Part shown: piece after piece, positions 39,533 through 48,517 of the stretch
Numbering within the stretch: position 1 is the stretch's first letter
Layout: each line of letters opens with the position of its first letter
Assembly: GCA_963677485.1 (NCBI GenBank)
Contig: OY781964.1
Coordinates: 2,784,001 to 2,848,000, forward strand
Source of the DNA: Armatimonadota bacterium
GTDB taxonomy: Bacteria; Armatimonadota; HRBIN16
DNA length: 64,000 bases
Direction: 5' to 3'
The notes under the pieces: generated by a model
Database searches by the model: none
Seen by the model: only the letters and a program-made list of their open reading frames with translations
What the model was told of the DNA's origin: nothing
Position numbers and translations under genes: made by a program

Positions 39533-40798
39533 CTACCCGATGACAATCATCTTCGGAAATGGCTCTTTCGCCATGACATTCCACATTTTATCGATGTATG
39601 CCAGCGTGTAAAATTGTTCATAGTAGTGATAGAAATAGGCACCTTTGGACGTCATCTCATAGATTCCGTTCTTCTTCTTAGCGAGTCCCAATGCCGTTGC
39701 CATGAAAAACTCAATGCCATATTTCGCCAGAAGTGACGTATGGAAAAACCGACTGAACTCTTTAGGGTCCACTCTCGTAGTGTATGCCGTCCAGAAAAGG
39801 TAATAGACCATTCTTTGATTTTTCGTGAATCGCACTGTCAAGGCGGTAGGCAGATTATGTTCTGAAATTCGTTGGATATACGCCTCAACGGAAAATGTAT
39901 TGATTTTGAATTGATCTGGTAATAGGGTGGTTGCGGAACAACCAAAGCCGAGGAAGTTGTCTCTCGTCATAGATGAATACTTCCCAGCACCAGCTTTCGT
40001 GAAAGTCCAGATGGATTCTCTCACATATCCATTGTCATTAAAGTATTCAGTGATGGCATCCATTAATGCCCGCTTTTGCTTTTCACCCATTGGCATCATC
40101 TTTGTCTTCGTAAAGGAGAAGTCAATAAACGGATAGATGGCCACGTGATTGGCACCATTTTGAAAGGCAGTGTCGATATCGGCCTTCAAGGTTTCGAATG
40201 TCTGTCCAGGGATGGCAAATATAAGGTCCATGGAGACCGTCTCAAAGGGAACCTTCTTGAGTGCCGTGAACATCTCACGATAGTATTCACCAAATCTCCC
40301 TAGCAACGTCAGACTAGTTTCTTGAAAAGACTGGATTCCGATACTGATTTTCGAAATTCCAATGTTCTTTAGTGTTGTCAGAATCTCGGCGGTTACATCG
40401 GCAGGATGCAGCTCAATCCCTATTCCCTCGGTGATTGTGAAATACTTTTGAATTGTTTCGATGATCTGTCCGATATAATCCACCAATAATGCGGGCGATC
40501 CACCACCAAAGTAAAGGCTCGTAACGACCTTTTTGGCAACTGCGCTATTATGATGATCATTCCCCACCATAATGATTTCCTTGAGAAGAGCCTCGACATA
40601 CGCCTTGGCCTGTTCCTGACGATAAACAACCTTGCAATAGGGGCAGAAGCTGCAAATGCTTCGACAAAACGGGATGTGAACATATAGTCCCAATCCACTG
40701 GCGTCTCTGTACTGAAGGGTTGCATCATAATCATCACCAAACACAAATGGTCGAAGTGATCGTGTCAACCAGATTCTGGCCAAGGATGCTTGTTTCAT
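39533..40798 (-). CDS. HemN/coproporphyrinogen III oxidase-like radical SAM protein
   Basis: LYVHIPFCRSICSFCPY (CxxxCxxC), YFGGGSP, ISIGIQSF and DLIFAIPGQT; low GC. Confidence 0.85.
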   Translation of the reverse strand: MKQASLARIWLTRSLRPFVFGDDYDATLQYRDASGLGLYVHIPFCRSICSFCPYCKVVYRQEQAKAYVEALLKEIIMVGNDHHNSAVAKKVVTSLYFGGGSPALLVDYIGQIIETIQKYFTITEGIGIELHPADVTAEILTTLKNIGISKISIGIQSFQETSLTLLGRFGEYYREMFTALKKVPFETVSMDLIFAIPGQTFETLKADIDTAFQNGANHVAIYPFIDFSFTKTKMMPMGEKQKRALMDAITEYFNDNGYVRESIWTFTKAGAGKYSSMTRDNFLGFGCSATTLLPDQFKINTFSVEAYIQRISEHNLPTALTVRFTKNQRMVYYLFWTAYTTRVDPKEFSRFFHTSLLAKYGIEFFMATALGLAKKKNGIYEMTSKGAYFYHYYEQFYTLAYIDKMWNVMAKEPFPKMIVIG

Positions 40799-40810
40799 TT
40801 AGGTCTGCTC

Positions 40811-41722
40811 TCAGATATACTTCGTATAAGTGCTTAACATTTCGCATACCATGCGGGGATTCCCCTGGAATATCAGCGTATATTCAGCAACAAAGAAGTA
40901 TCCACATTTTGCGCACAGGCCAGGATTGTTGATGCATCTCCCACAGGTTGACAGAACTCCGTTTTCCATCACAACGCACTGATGACATGGCGTCGGAAAA
41001 CTGTTATTGATGATGTAAGGGAATGCACTTTTCAAATTGAAAATCGGGTATCCCGCCCTCATCAGCTCCGATATCTCATTGCAACAAGCCGTCTTGTCGT
41101 CAACTGTAAGCTCAAGTTCCTCTGTACCTGGATACGGCGTGTGGAAGTTAAAGGAAACGGCTTTCACATGCTTTTCCTGTCGCACTCGTTCACAAACACT
41201 TCGTATCTTGCCCTTGTTCAATTGGTTGATCGCCATATAAAAACAGATATTGTCGGCTGTGGCGTTTTTGACATTTTTCATGATGAGGCCGTAAGTTTCG
41301 CCGCGGATTGAATCATGAGCCTCACGGTCACCGTCAATACTCAGAAGTATCAGGTCTGCTTCAGGAAGGTCGATGGGATATGTTCCATTCGTCACAATAT
41401 TGACGATCAGAAACCCAATATTCTTAGCCTCAACGACCAAGTCCCGCAATGATTTACCACTGTCAGTCCAAAGAAATGTTTCCCCTCCACTAAAAAACAG
41501 AATTCGGATGCCCATTTCATACAACTGTTTCATTTCTTGCTGTATTTGGAGGTAAGGATGAATGACCGAAGTAATATTACTAACAGCGCAATGTTTGCAG
41601 GTGATATTGCATTTGTCTGTTACTATAATGGTTCCTAGAATAGGATTCTTCTTCTTGAACAGGATCGTAGAAATCCCGAATTTCAGAAATCGATAAACAG
41701 ATGATGATTTCAATAAGGTCAA
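40811..41722 (-). CDS. Radical SAM protein with Cys-rich C-terminus
   Basis: CNITCKHC, FSGGE, VTNG, SIDG...HDSIRG and a C-terminal PCHQC...CGRC....LCAKC cluster (SPASM/twitch-like); TTG start at 41722 or 41713. Confidence 0.85.
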   Translation of the reverse strand: MTLLKSSSVYRFLKFGISTILFKKKNPILGTIIVTDKCNITCKHCAVSNITSVIHPYLQIQQEMKQLYEMGIRILFFSGGETFLWTDSGKSLRDLVVEAKNIGFLIVNIVTNGTYPIDLPEADLILLSIDGDREAHDSIRGETYGLIMKNVKNATADNICFYMAINQLNKGKIRSVCERVRQEKHVKAVSFNFHTPYPGTEELELTVDDKTACCNEISELMRAGYPIFNLKSAFPYIINNSFPTPCHQCVVMENGVLSTCGRCINNPGLCAKCGYFFVAEYTLIFQGNPRMVCEMLSTYTKYI

Positions 41723-41884
41723 TCCCTTCGCTTAATCATACGACGACAGAGTTAATACATAGATCATGAAATGGCTTGTAGAACACCTACCATCACTGCT
41801 CATGTTGAAACACAGATGGGTGTTAGCAACTACATTATGACGGTTTTCAGCGCATATCACCAGAAGGCGTGATGTGTGATAAGG

Positions 41885-42223
41885 GGAGGCCAATCGGGAG
41901 ATTGGCGTGCCCAGGGGGCGGATTTTAACCACGGGTGGACACGAATGGACGCGAATGGGTGACCGGTGTAGGGGCATTCCCCCTGTGGTTGCCCCCAGAC
42001 AGACACGGCAAACGGCCCCTGGGGTTCCCTGATACCTCACGCGGTGGGCGCGGAGGTGGCCCATCCGAACTCATCCTCCCCATCCGCGTAATCCGTGGTT
42101 CAGACAACCCTCCCGCACCGTCAAACCCGGAAAGACCGCCCCGGTTAGGAGAAAACCGGCGCGGACATGGCATCTCCCTCCCTCTTCGTGTCTTCGTGGC
42201 GTCACCTGTGGTGTCGCGTGAGA
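41885..42223. repeat. Mosaic of REP palindromes and triplet modules upstream of proS
   Basis: GCCAATCGGGAGATTGGC, TTAACCACGGGTGGACACGAATGGACGCGAAT, GTAGGGGCATTCCCCCTGTGGTTGCCC, ATCCGCGTAATCCGTGGTTCAGACAA, AGACCGCCCCGG..ACCGGCGCGGACAT and GTCACCTGTGGTGTCGCGTGAGA. Confidence 0.8.
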
Positions 42224-42332
42224 TTCCGGACAACCCACCCCCCGTCTGGCACCGGAACGCGGTACCCCGTACAATATCCATGTGGAATAACGCCCCCCAA
42301 GGGTAGGAGGGGCTCACAGGAGGAACCGTACC

Positions 42333-43772
42333 TTGCCAAAAGAAGGAATCACCCCCCGAAGTCAGGACTACAGTCAGTGGTACCTCGACATCGTGCAGAC
42401 GGCCGAAATGGCGGACTACTCCGCGGTGCGCGGCTGTATGGTCATCCGTCCCCATGGTTACGCCATCTGGGAAGGCATCGTCAGCGAGCTTGACCGCCGC
42501 ATCAAAGAGACCGGACATCAGAACGCCTATTTCCCGCTGTTCATCCCACTCAGTTTTCTCACCAAAGAGGCCGAACACGTGGAGGGATTCGCCCCCGAGG
42601 TGGCACTGGTCACCAGGGGTGGAGGCGAGGAGTTAGCCGAACCGCTGGTCGTGCGACCCACCAGCGAGGCCATCATCGGCAACAGCTTCAGCAAATGGAT
42701 CAAGAGCTGGCGCGACCTGCCGCTGCTCATCAACCAGTGGGCCAATGTGGTTCGCTGGGAAATGCGCACGCGCCCCTTCCTGCGCACCACAGAGTTCCTG
42801 TGGCAGGAGGGCCATACCGCCCACGCCACGGGTGAGGAGGCCAACGAAGAGGCACTGATGGTGCTGCACCACATCTACAAGGACTTCGCCGAGAAGGTGA
42901 TGGCCCTGCCGGTGTTGGTCGGCCGCAAAAGCGAAAAAGAGAAGTTCGCTGGCGCAGAGGCCACCTACGCCATCGAGGCGATGATGCAGGACGGCCGCGC
43001 GCTGCAGTCTGGCACCACGCACTATCTGGGGCAGAACTTCGCCAAGGCGTTTGACATCACCTACACCACCGCGGACAACAAGCTGGAATACGCCCACACC
43101 TCCAGTTGGGGCGTCTCCACGCGGCTCATCGGCGCACTCATCATGGCGCATTCCGATGACGAGGGGTTGGTTCTTCCGCCCGCGCTGGCACCCATTCAAG
43201 TGGTGGTCGTGCCCATCTACCGCAAGGAAGAGGAGCGCGCCAGCGTGATGGAGGCGATTGAACGCATCACCTCCGACTGGAAAGGCAAGTTCCGCTTCAA
43301 ACTGGACGACCGCGACCAGGTGAGCCCGGGCTTCAAGTTCAACGAATGGGAGAGCAAGGGCGTGCCCGTGCGCGTGGAAGTGGGCCCCAAAGACGTTCAG
43401 AAGGGCACCGTGGCTCTGGCTCGGCGCGACATGCCCGGCAAGGCCGGCAAGAGCTTCGTGCCGCAAGAGGGTCTGACCGACACGGTGGTGGCTCTGCTGG
43501 CCGACATCCAGCAAAGCCTCTACCAGAAGGCCCTGGACTTCCGCGAGGCGCACATGCAGACGGTCAACAGCTACGAAGAGCTGACCGCCGCTGTGCAGAC
43601 GGGCTTCGCCCGATGTTACTGGGACGGCAGCCGCGAGGACGAACAGAAGGTGCAGGATGAGCTGAAAGCCACCATCCGCGTCATCCCGTTCGACCAGCCG
43701 GATGAAGAGGGCACCTGCGTGCTCACCGGCCGGCCGACCAAGCAGATGGTCATCTTCGCAAAAAGCTACTAG
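42333..43772 (+). CDS. proS: Proline--tRNA ligase (archaeal/eukaryote-like type)
   Basis: [55 protein letters not shown] and C-terminal FAKSY; AGGAGG RBS before TTG. Confidence 0.97.
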   Translation: MPKEGITPRSQDYSQWYLDIVQTAEMADYSAVRGCMVIRPHGYAIWEGIVSELDRRIKETGHQNAYFPLFIPLSFLTKEAEHVEGFAPEVALVTRGGGEELAEPLVVRPTSEAIIGNSFSKWIKSWRDLPLLINQWANVVRWEMRTRPFLRTTEFLWQEGHTAHATGEEANEEALMVLHHIYKDFAEKVMALPVLVGRKSEKEKFAGAEATYAIEAMMQDGRALQSGTTHYLGQNFAKAFDITYTTADNKLEYAHTSSWGVSTRLIGALIMAHSDDEGLVLPPALAPIQVVVVPIYRKEEERASVMEAIERITSDWKGKFRFKLDDRDQVSPGFKFNEWESKGVPVRVEVGPKDVQKGTVALARRDMPGKAGKSFVPQEGLTDTVVALLADIQQSLYQKALDFREAHMQTVNSYEELTAAVQTGFARCYWDGSREDEQKVQDELKATIRVIPFDQPDEEGTCVLTGRPTKQMVIFAKSY

Positions 43773-43797
43773 CGGCTCTGATCTCTGGATATCTGAA

Positions 43798-43832
43798 ACA
43801 GGCCGAGGTGCATATGAAGCACCTCGGCCTGT
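43798..43832. terminator. Hairpin between convergent proS and the TolC-family gene
   Basis: ACAGGCCGAGGTGC-ATATGAA-GCACCTCGGCCTGT, a 14-bp perfect stem. Confidence 0.7.
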
Positions 43833-43835
43833 CCG

Positions 43836-45149
43836 CTATTTGGTATAACGACCTACCGCACGGTCAAGCTCAACTTGCGATGAGAGCTGATCGTATCGGG
43901 CGTTCACAAGGTTGCTTTGCGCCTGTGTGAAAGCCAGTTCCGCATCACTCAACTCCACCTGACTCGCCATGCCTTCTGCATAGCGGGCACGGGAGAGGCG
44001 CAGGCTTTCGGTCGCCTGTTCGAGCCCTTTGCTTGCGGTGGTCAGTTTTTCCGAAGCATTTTGAACATGAACATAGGCTACACGCACCTGAAGGGTGATC
44101 GCCGCCTTCGTGTCCTCCTCTGCGGTGGCCGCTGAGCGGATTCCCGCTTTGGCCTGCTCCAGCCGACCAGACCTCTGCCCGCCATCAAACACTGGAACTG
44201 ACACCGTGAGTGCGACGGAGGCATTGCTGTCCTGATGGGCTCTCTCCGCTGCATCCACCTTGGCAGTGGCACTCAGCACCACGCTGGGGCTCATGTCTCT
44301 GCCGGCCAGTTTGTGGTTCAACTTGGCCAATAACGCATTCTTGCCGGCAATTGCCAGCTCTGGGCGGTTGTTCAAGGCTTCGGTCAGGTATGTCTCATAC
44401 GATCCGAGCGTCACTGCCTGATCGGCAGGCTTCACCAGCTCCAGTGGGGCATTGACATCCATGCCCATCATACGGTTGATGATTGACTTAGTGACCTGAA
44501 TGGCATTCGTGGCATTGATGACCGACTGTTGTGCAGCCGAAATCGCCGCATCTGCCCGGATGGTATCTACCTTGGATGCGATCCCCGTTTCGACCAGCGA
44601 CTCAGCGGTGTGCTTGCGTGTGACTGCGTTGCGCATCGCCTCCTCCGCTACAGCCAGCATCTCCTGGCTGCGCAGCATATCGTAATAGGCCATCTTGGTC
44701 TGCATCACCACATCGTTGCGGGTGCCGGTAACCATCAAGTTGGCTGATTGCGCATTGGCCTGCGCGGCATGTGTCCCAGTGCGGATCATTCCGCTGAAGT
44801 CGAGGACCTGACTGACGGATACCCCGTATGAAGCGACAGCTTGAGGCACATACGGGAAGTTGTAAGTGACCAGTTGCTGGTTGTCAATCCCAACGGCCAA
44901 AGGCAGGTTGATCTCTGCGCTTCGATCCGAGGCATATCCAAACATGCCGAGATGGGGGTTTGCTGTGCTTCGGGCCTCCTTGACACGGCCTTCGGCGGCG
45001 TCTGCGTTCTGTTTTGAAAGCTGTATTGCATAGTTATGGGTGAGTGCGGTGGTCACGCATTCATCGATTGTCTGTGCTGTCTGTGCAAAGCACATAGAGG
45101 GCAGCACGCAGAGCACTGCGCATATATAGGTTTTTGATCTTGTTTTCAT
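43836..45149 (-). CDS. TolC family outer membrane efflux protein
   Basis: Signal peptide; two OEP repeats (VSVPVFDGG, ARYAEGMASQVELSDA); last gene of the emrAB-like operon. Confidence 0.88.
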   Translation of the reverse strand: MKTRSKTYICAVLCVLPSMCFAQTAQTIDECVTTALTHNYAIQLSKQNADAAEGRVKEARSTANPHLGMFGYASDRSAEINLPLAVGIDNQQLVTYNFPYVPQAVASYGVSVSQVLDFSGMIRTGTHAAQANAQSANLMVTGTRNDVVMQTKMAYYDMLRSQEMLAVAEEAMRNAVTRKHTAESLVETGIASKVDTIRADAAISAAQQSVINATNAIQVTKSIINRMMGMDVNAPLELVKPADQAVTLGSYETYLTEALNNRPELAIAGKNALLAKLNHKLAGRDMSPSVVLSATAKVDAAERAHQDSNASVALTVSVPVFDGGQRSGRLEQAKAGIRSAATAEEDTKAAITLQVRVAYVHVQNASEKLTTASKGLEQATESLRLSRARYAEGMASQVELSDAELAFTQAQSNLVNARYDQLSSQVELDRAVGRYTK

Positions 45150-45198
45150 GGTTTACCTCGAGTTGTTGAACGTATCATCGGCTGACAGATTGAGCTGA

Positions 45199-46797
45199 TT
45201 AGTGCATAGAAGCCTGAACCTTCGGTTCTCCCGGTTTGGGATCCCTTAAGAACACAATGAAGGGCAACACGATGGCAAATACGATGGCGATGATCAGGAA
45301 CAGGTCATTGTATGACATGATCACCGCCTGGCCTTGTATGGTTTGTTGCAGAACATACAGCGACTTGCCTTGAGCGGTCGCGATATCCGAACCTTTGCTC
45401 ATAAACGCTTGCTGATACATCGTAAACCGTGCGAGAGTTTCTGGGTTGTAGATGTTGATATGCTCCGTTATCATCGTATCGTGAAAGTGAATCCGCTTAG
45501 TGAGGATGGTGGAGATCAATGCAATTCCAATGGTGCCGCCCAGTTGACGGGTCATATTGAACAGCCCAGATCCATCTCCTAGATCGGTGCCTGTCAACCC
45601 TGCCAGGCTGGCCGTCATTAACGGAGCCATGATGAACCCGATACCGACACCCAGCCATACCTGCGGCCAGAGGATGTGCTCTGGTCCGCTGAGATAGGTG
45701 ACGCTGTTCAAGGCATACATGGAACCTGCACTACAGAGAACCCCAATCACCACCACCAACCGCGCGGGTACCTTATTGCCTATAAACCCGGTGAGCATCA
45801 TGGCTACCGAGGAGGCCAGTACCCATGTCAACATAATCACACCAGACTGTTGTGCGGTATACCCTCGAAGGTTCTGTAGGAATACTGGCAGTACAAAAAG
45901 CGTACTGAACAAACCAACACCTGAGACGAACGAGCATATGCATCCTGCCGCCAGCGCTTGATTCTTGAATACCCGCAGATTGACGATAGGATACTCTGTC
46001 GTCAGAGACCGGTAGATGAACAACACCATGCTCACGGTACTGATGATGAGCAGCCATACGATGAAGTTTGACTGCATCCATCCTTGTCGTTCGCCTTTCT
46101 CCAGCATCACCAGCAGACATCCCAGCCAGGAGGACAGCAGCACAATACCGGCGACATCAATCGGTTTGGTCAAATCGGCGGGAATTTGCGGTTCCTTAAT
46201 CATCGCCCATAACACCATGATCGCTGCGATGCCGGGCAGCACGTTGACATAGAATATCCATGGCCAGGCGTAGTTGTCTACCAAGTATCCCCCAATGATA
46301 GGACCTAAAGCAGGACCCACCATGACCCCTGTACCAACCAACGCTGTGACTAGTCCTGCTCTTTCGGGAGGAAAAACATCCAGCAAAGTTGATAATCCGG
46401 TGGACATCAAGGCCGCTCCGCCGATCCCTTGCAATATCCGGTAGAAGATCAGCAGACCCAAAGTCGTGGCTGTTCCACACAGGAGCGAGGTTATCGTAAA
46501 TGTAATTAACGAGGTGACCAAGAGCTTTCGGCGGCCGAACCGCGCTTCCAGCCAACCCGACATCGGCAGCACAATCACGTTGGTCAGCATATATCCTATG
46601 GACACCCAACTTATCTGGTCTATGGTCACACCAAGGTTGCCCATCATCGTAGGAATAGCTACGTTAATGATGGTCGAGTCCAGTGCTACCAGGATGATGC
46701 CCAATGTGATTCCTGCTAGTATCAATAGCCGCTGGTTTCGATTGTAGCGCATATACTCGGCGACAGGCTGTGATGTTTTTTGGCTCATATCAGCCAC
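45199..46797 (-). CDS. DHA2 (EmrB/QacA) MFS efflux permease
   Basis: LDSTIINVAIP, GWLEARFGRR, RILQGIGG, GPALGPIIGGYL..WPWIFYVN and GLFNMTRQLGG. Confidence 0.92.
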   Translation of the reverse strand: MADMSQKTSQPVAEYMRYNRNQRLLILAGITLGIILVALDSTIINVAIPTMMGNLGVTIDQISWVSIGYMLTNVIVLPMSGWLEARFGRRKLLVTSLITFTITSLLCGTATTLGLLIFYRILQGIGGAALMSTGLSTLLDVFPPERAGLVTALVGTGVMVGPALGPIIGGYLVDNYAWPWIFYVNVLPGIAAIMVLWAMIKEPQIPADLTKPIDVAGIVLLSSWLGCLLVMLEKGERQGWMQSNFIVWLLIISTVSMVLFIYRSLTTEYPIVNLRVFKNQALAAGCICSFVSGVGLFSTLFVLPVFLQNLRGYTAQQSGVIMLTWVLASSVAMMLTGFIGNKVPARLVVVIGVLCSAGSMYALNSVTYLSGPEHILWPQVWLGVGIGFIMAPLMTASLAGLTGTDLGDGSGLFNMTRQLGGTIGIALISTILTKRIHFHDTMITEHINIYNPETLARFTMYQQAFMSKGSDIATAQGKSLYVLQQTIQGQAVIMSYNDLFLIIAIVFAIVLPFIVFLRDPKPGEPKVQASMH

Positions 46798-48369
46798 CTA
46801 TTGGGTAGTAATGACTGCGGTGACAGACATCCCGGCATGTAGGCGGTCAATGCCCCGTTGGTCTGGAGTGATCGTGAGTTTTACCGGGATACGCTGCACT
46901 ACTTTTGTGAAGTTCCCAGATGCATTATCTGGTGGGAGCAGGGCGAATGTCGCACCGGTTCCAGAAGCGATGCTATTGACAGTGGCCGCAAAGGACTGCC
47001 CTGCCAGGCTGTCGACTTTGATTTCTGCACTCTGACCAGGCCTGAGTTTTGCCATCTGCGTCTCTTTGAAGTTTGCGACCACCCAGATGTTTTGCGACGG
47101 TGGGGGCACAATCGCCATCAACGGCATACCGGGTTGGACGAGTACGCCTTCATTTACGCTGCGCTTGCTGACAATACCCGCAACAGGTGCCGTAATTCGG
47201 GTGTAGGACAATCGGAGTTTAGCGTCGGCGAGTGCCGCCCGTGCCTGACTAACCCTGGCACTTGCTTGATGTGCTGCGGCTTGGCTCATCGCCACCTGTT
47301 TTGGAGCCGTTTGTGCCTGTGTCAGCATCGCGAGGGCCTGTGTGTGACGCGCTCTTGAAATCAGCACCGCACTCCCAGATGAGACTAACTGAGCCCTTGC
47401 CTGTGTCACGCCAGCCAGCGCGGCATTATGCAGCTCCTGAGCCGCGGCATACTGAGCCTGTGCCTGATTGATGGTGGCATTCGCTGAAATAGTCTGCTCT
47501 TTGGCGGCACGCAGATCGGCCTTTTTCGCGTTAAGTGAGGACTTAGTTGAACCCAAATGCTGCTGCGCCGTCTGTAGCTGTGACTTCGCAATCTGCTCAC
47601 CGACGGCGGCTTGTTCCGCCACCTGGGTTCCAATCACATTATCGGATAGAAGTTTTTTGTATCTTGCGTTGTCGTTGACGGCTTTAGTATAGACCGCTTC
47701 TGCTGTTTCCAATGCGGCAGTTGCTGAGTTAACGTCGGTCTCTGCGGTTTCTACTTGTGCAGAAGCCGCCTCTATGGCAGCATCAGCGCGCCTTTGCTGA
47801 GCTTGCGCAGAGATGATGGCGGATTTCGCAACGGTGATGTTCGCTTGCACCCCTTTGGCATTAGCCGAGGCTTGCATCACGGAGGCTTCGTTGCGTGCCA
47901 CATCAGCTTCAGAACCGCCGATAGCACTCTCTGCTTGATTGGCCCCTGCTTCCGATTGTTGAATCTGAGCCATGCCGGTATCGTTGGTCAGCCCGACGTT
48001 GACTCCGCTCGCTTGTGCTGCGGCGATAGCCACGTCGAGGTTGGCTTCCGCCTGCTGAACTGATGTTTTATATGTGGAATCATCTAGCACTGCGATCAAC
48101 TGTCCTGCTTGAACATGCTGGTTATCTGTCATGTAGACCCGTTTCACTGTTCCGCTTACCTGGGGAGCGATAGTGATGATGTCAGCGGTCAGATAGGCGT
48201 CATCAGTGGAGGCATGCGCTGAGGAATACCTCCAGTAGTTCGTCCCACCGACAATGACGGCTATGGTGATTGCTACAACCGCGATCTTACCCAGCAAGTT
48301 TGCGGTCGTTTTGTTTTTTTGCATTACGTGATGATCGGGTTTCATATCAGATGGTTCTGATGCGCTCAT
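46798..48369 (-). CDS. EmrA/HlyD family membrane fusion protein with long coiled coil
   Basis: STDDAY, IAPQVSG, YTRITAPVAG, WVVANFKETQ and FALLPPDNASGNFTKVVQRIPV. Confidence 0.92.
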   Translation of the reverse strand: MSASEPSDMKPDHHVMQKNKTTANLLGKIAVVAITIAVIVGGTNYWRYSSAHASTDDAYLTADIITIAPQVSGTVKRVYMTDNQHVQAGQLIAVLDDSTYKTSVQQAEANLDVAIAAAQASGVNVGLTNDTGMAQIQQSEAGANQAESAIGGSEADVARNEASVMQASANAKGVQANITVAKSAIISAQAQQRRADAAIEAASAQVETAETDVNSATAALETAEAVYTKAVNDNARYKKLLSDNVIGTQVAEQAAVGEQIAKSQLQTAQQHLGSTKSSLNAKKADLRAAKEQTISANATINQAQAQYAAAQELHNAALAGVTQARAQLVSSGSAVLISRARHTQALAMLTQAQTAPKQVAMSQAAAHQASARVSQARAALADAKLRLSYTRITAPVAGIVSKRSVNEGVLVQPGMPLMAIVPPPSQNIWVVANFKETQMAKLRPGQSAEIKVDSLAGQSFAATVNSIASGTGATFALLPPDNASGNFTKVVQRIPVKLTITPDQRGIDRLHAGMSVTAVITTQ

Positions 48370-48456
48370 GACATCCTCCAGTTAGTTGAAATGGCAGGGG
48401 TGATACCTACCATCGCAGGGATAGTTGGTGATAGACTGATTGATACAGCCATCATG

Positions 48457-48478
48457 ATAGTTAGTGGTCACTAACTAT
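48457..48478. promoter_or_regulatory. Putative TetR operator
   Basis: Perfect palindrome ATAGTTAGTG-GT-CACTAACTAT directly downstream of the efflux operon promoter. Confidence 0.75.
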
Positions 48479-48483
48479 ATTTC

Positions 48484-48511
48484 ATAATATACTATTTCTA
48501 TAGTTTGTCAA
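48484..48511 (-). promoter_or_regulatory. Sigma70 promoter of the efflux operon
   Basis: Minus strand TTGACA (48511-48506) - 16 nt - TATTAT (48489-48484). Confidence 0.65.
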
Positions 48512-48517
48512 TAGTAT

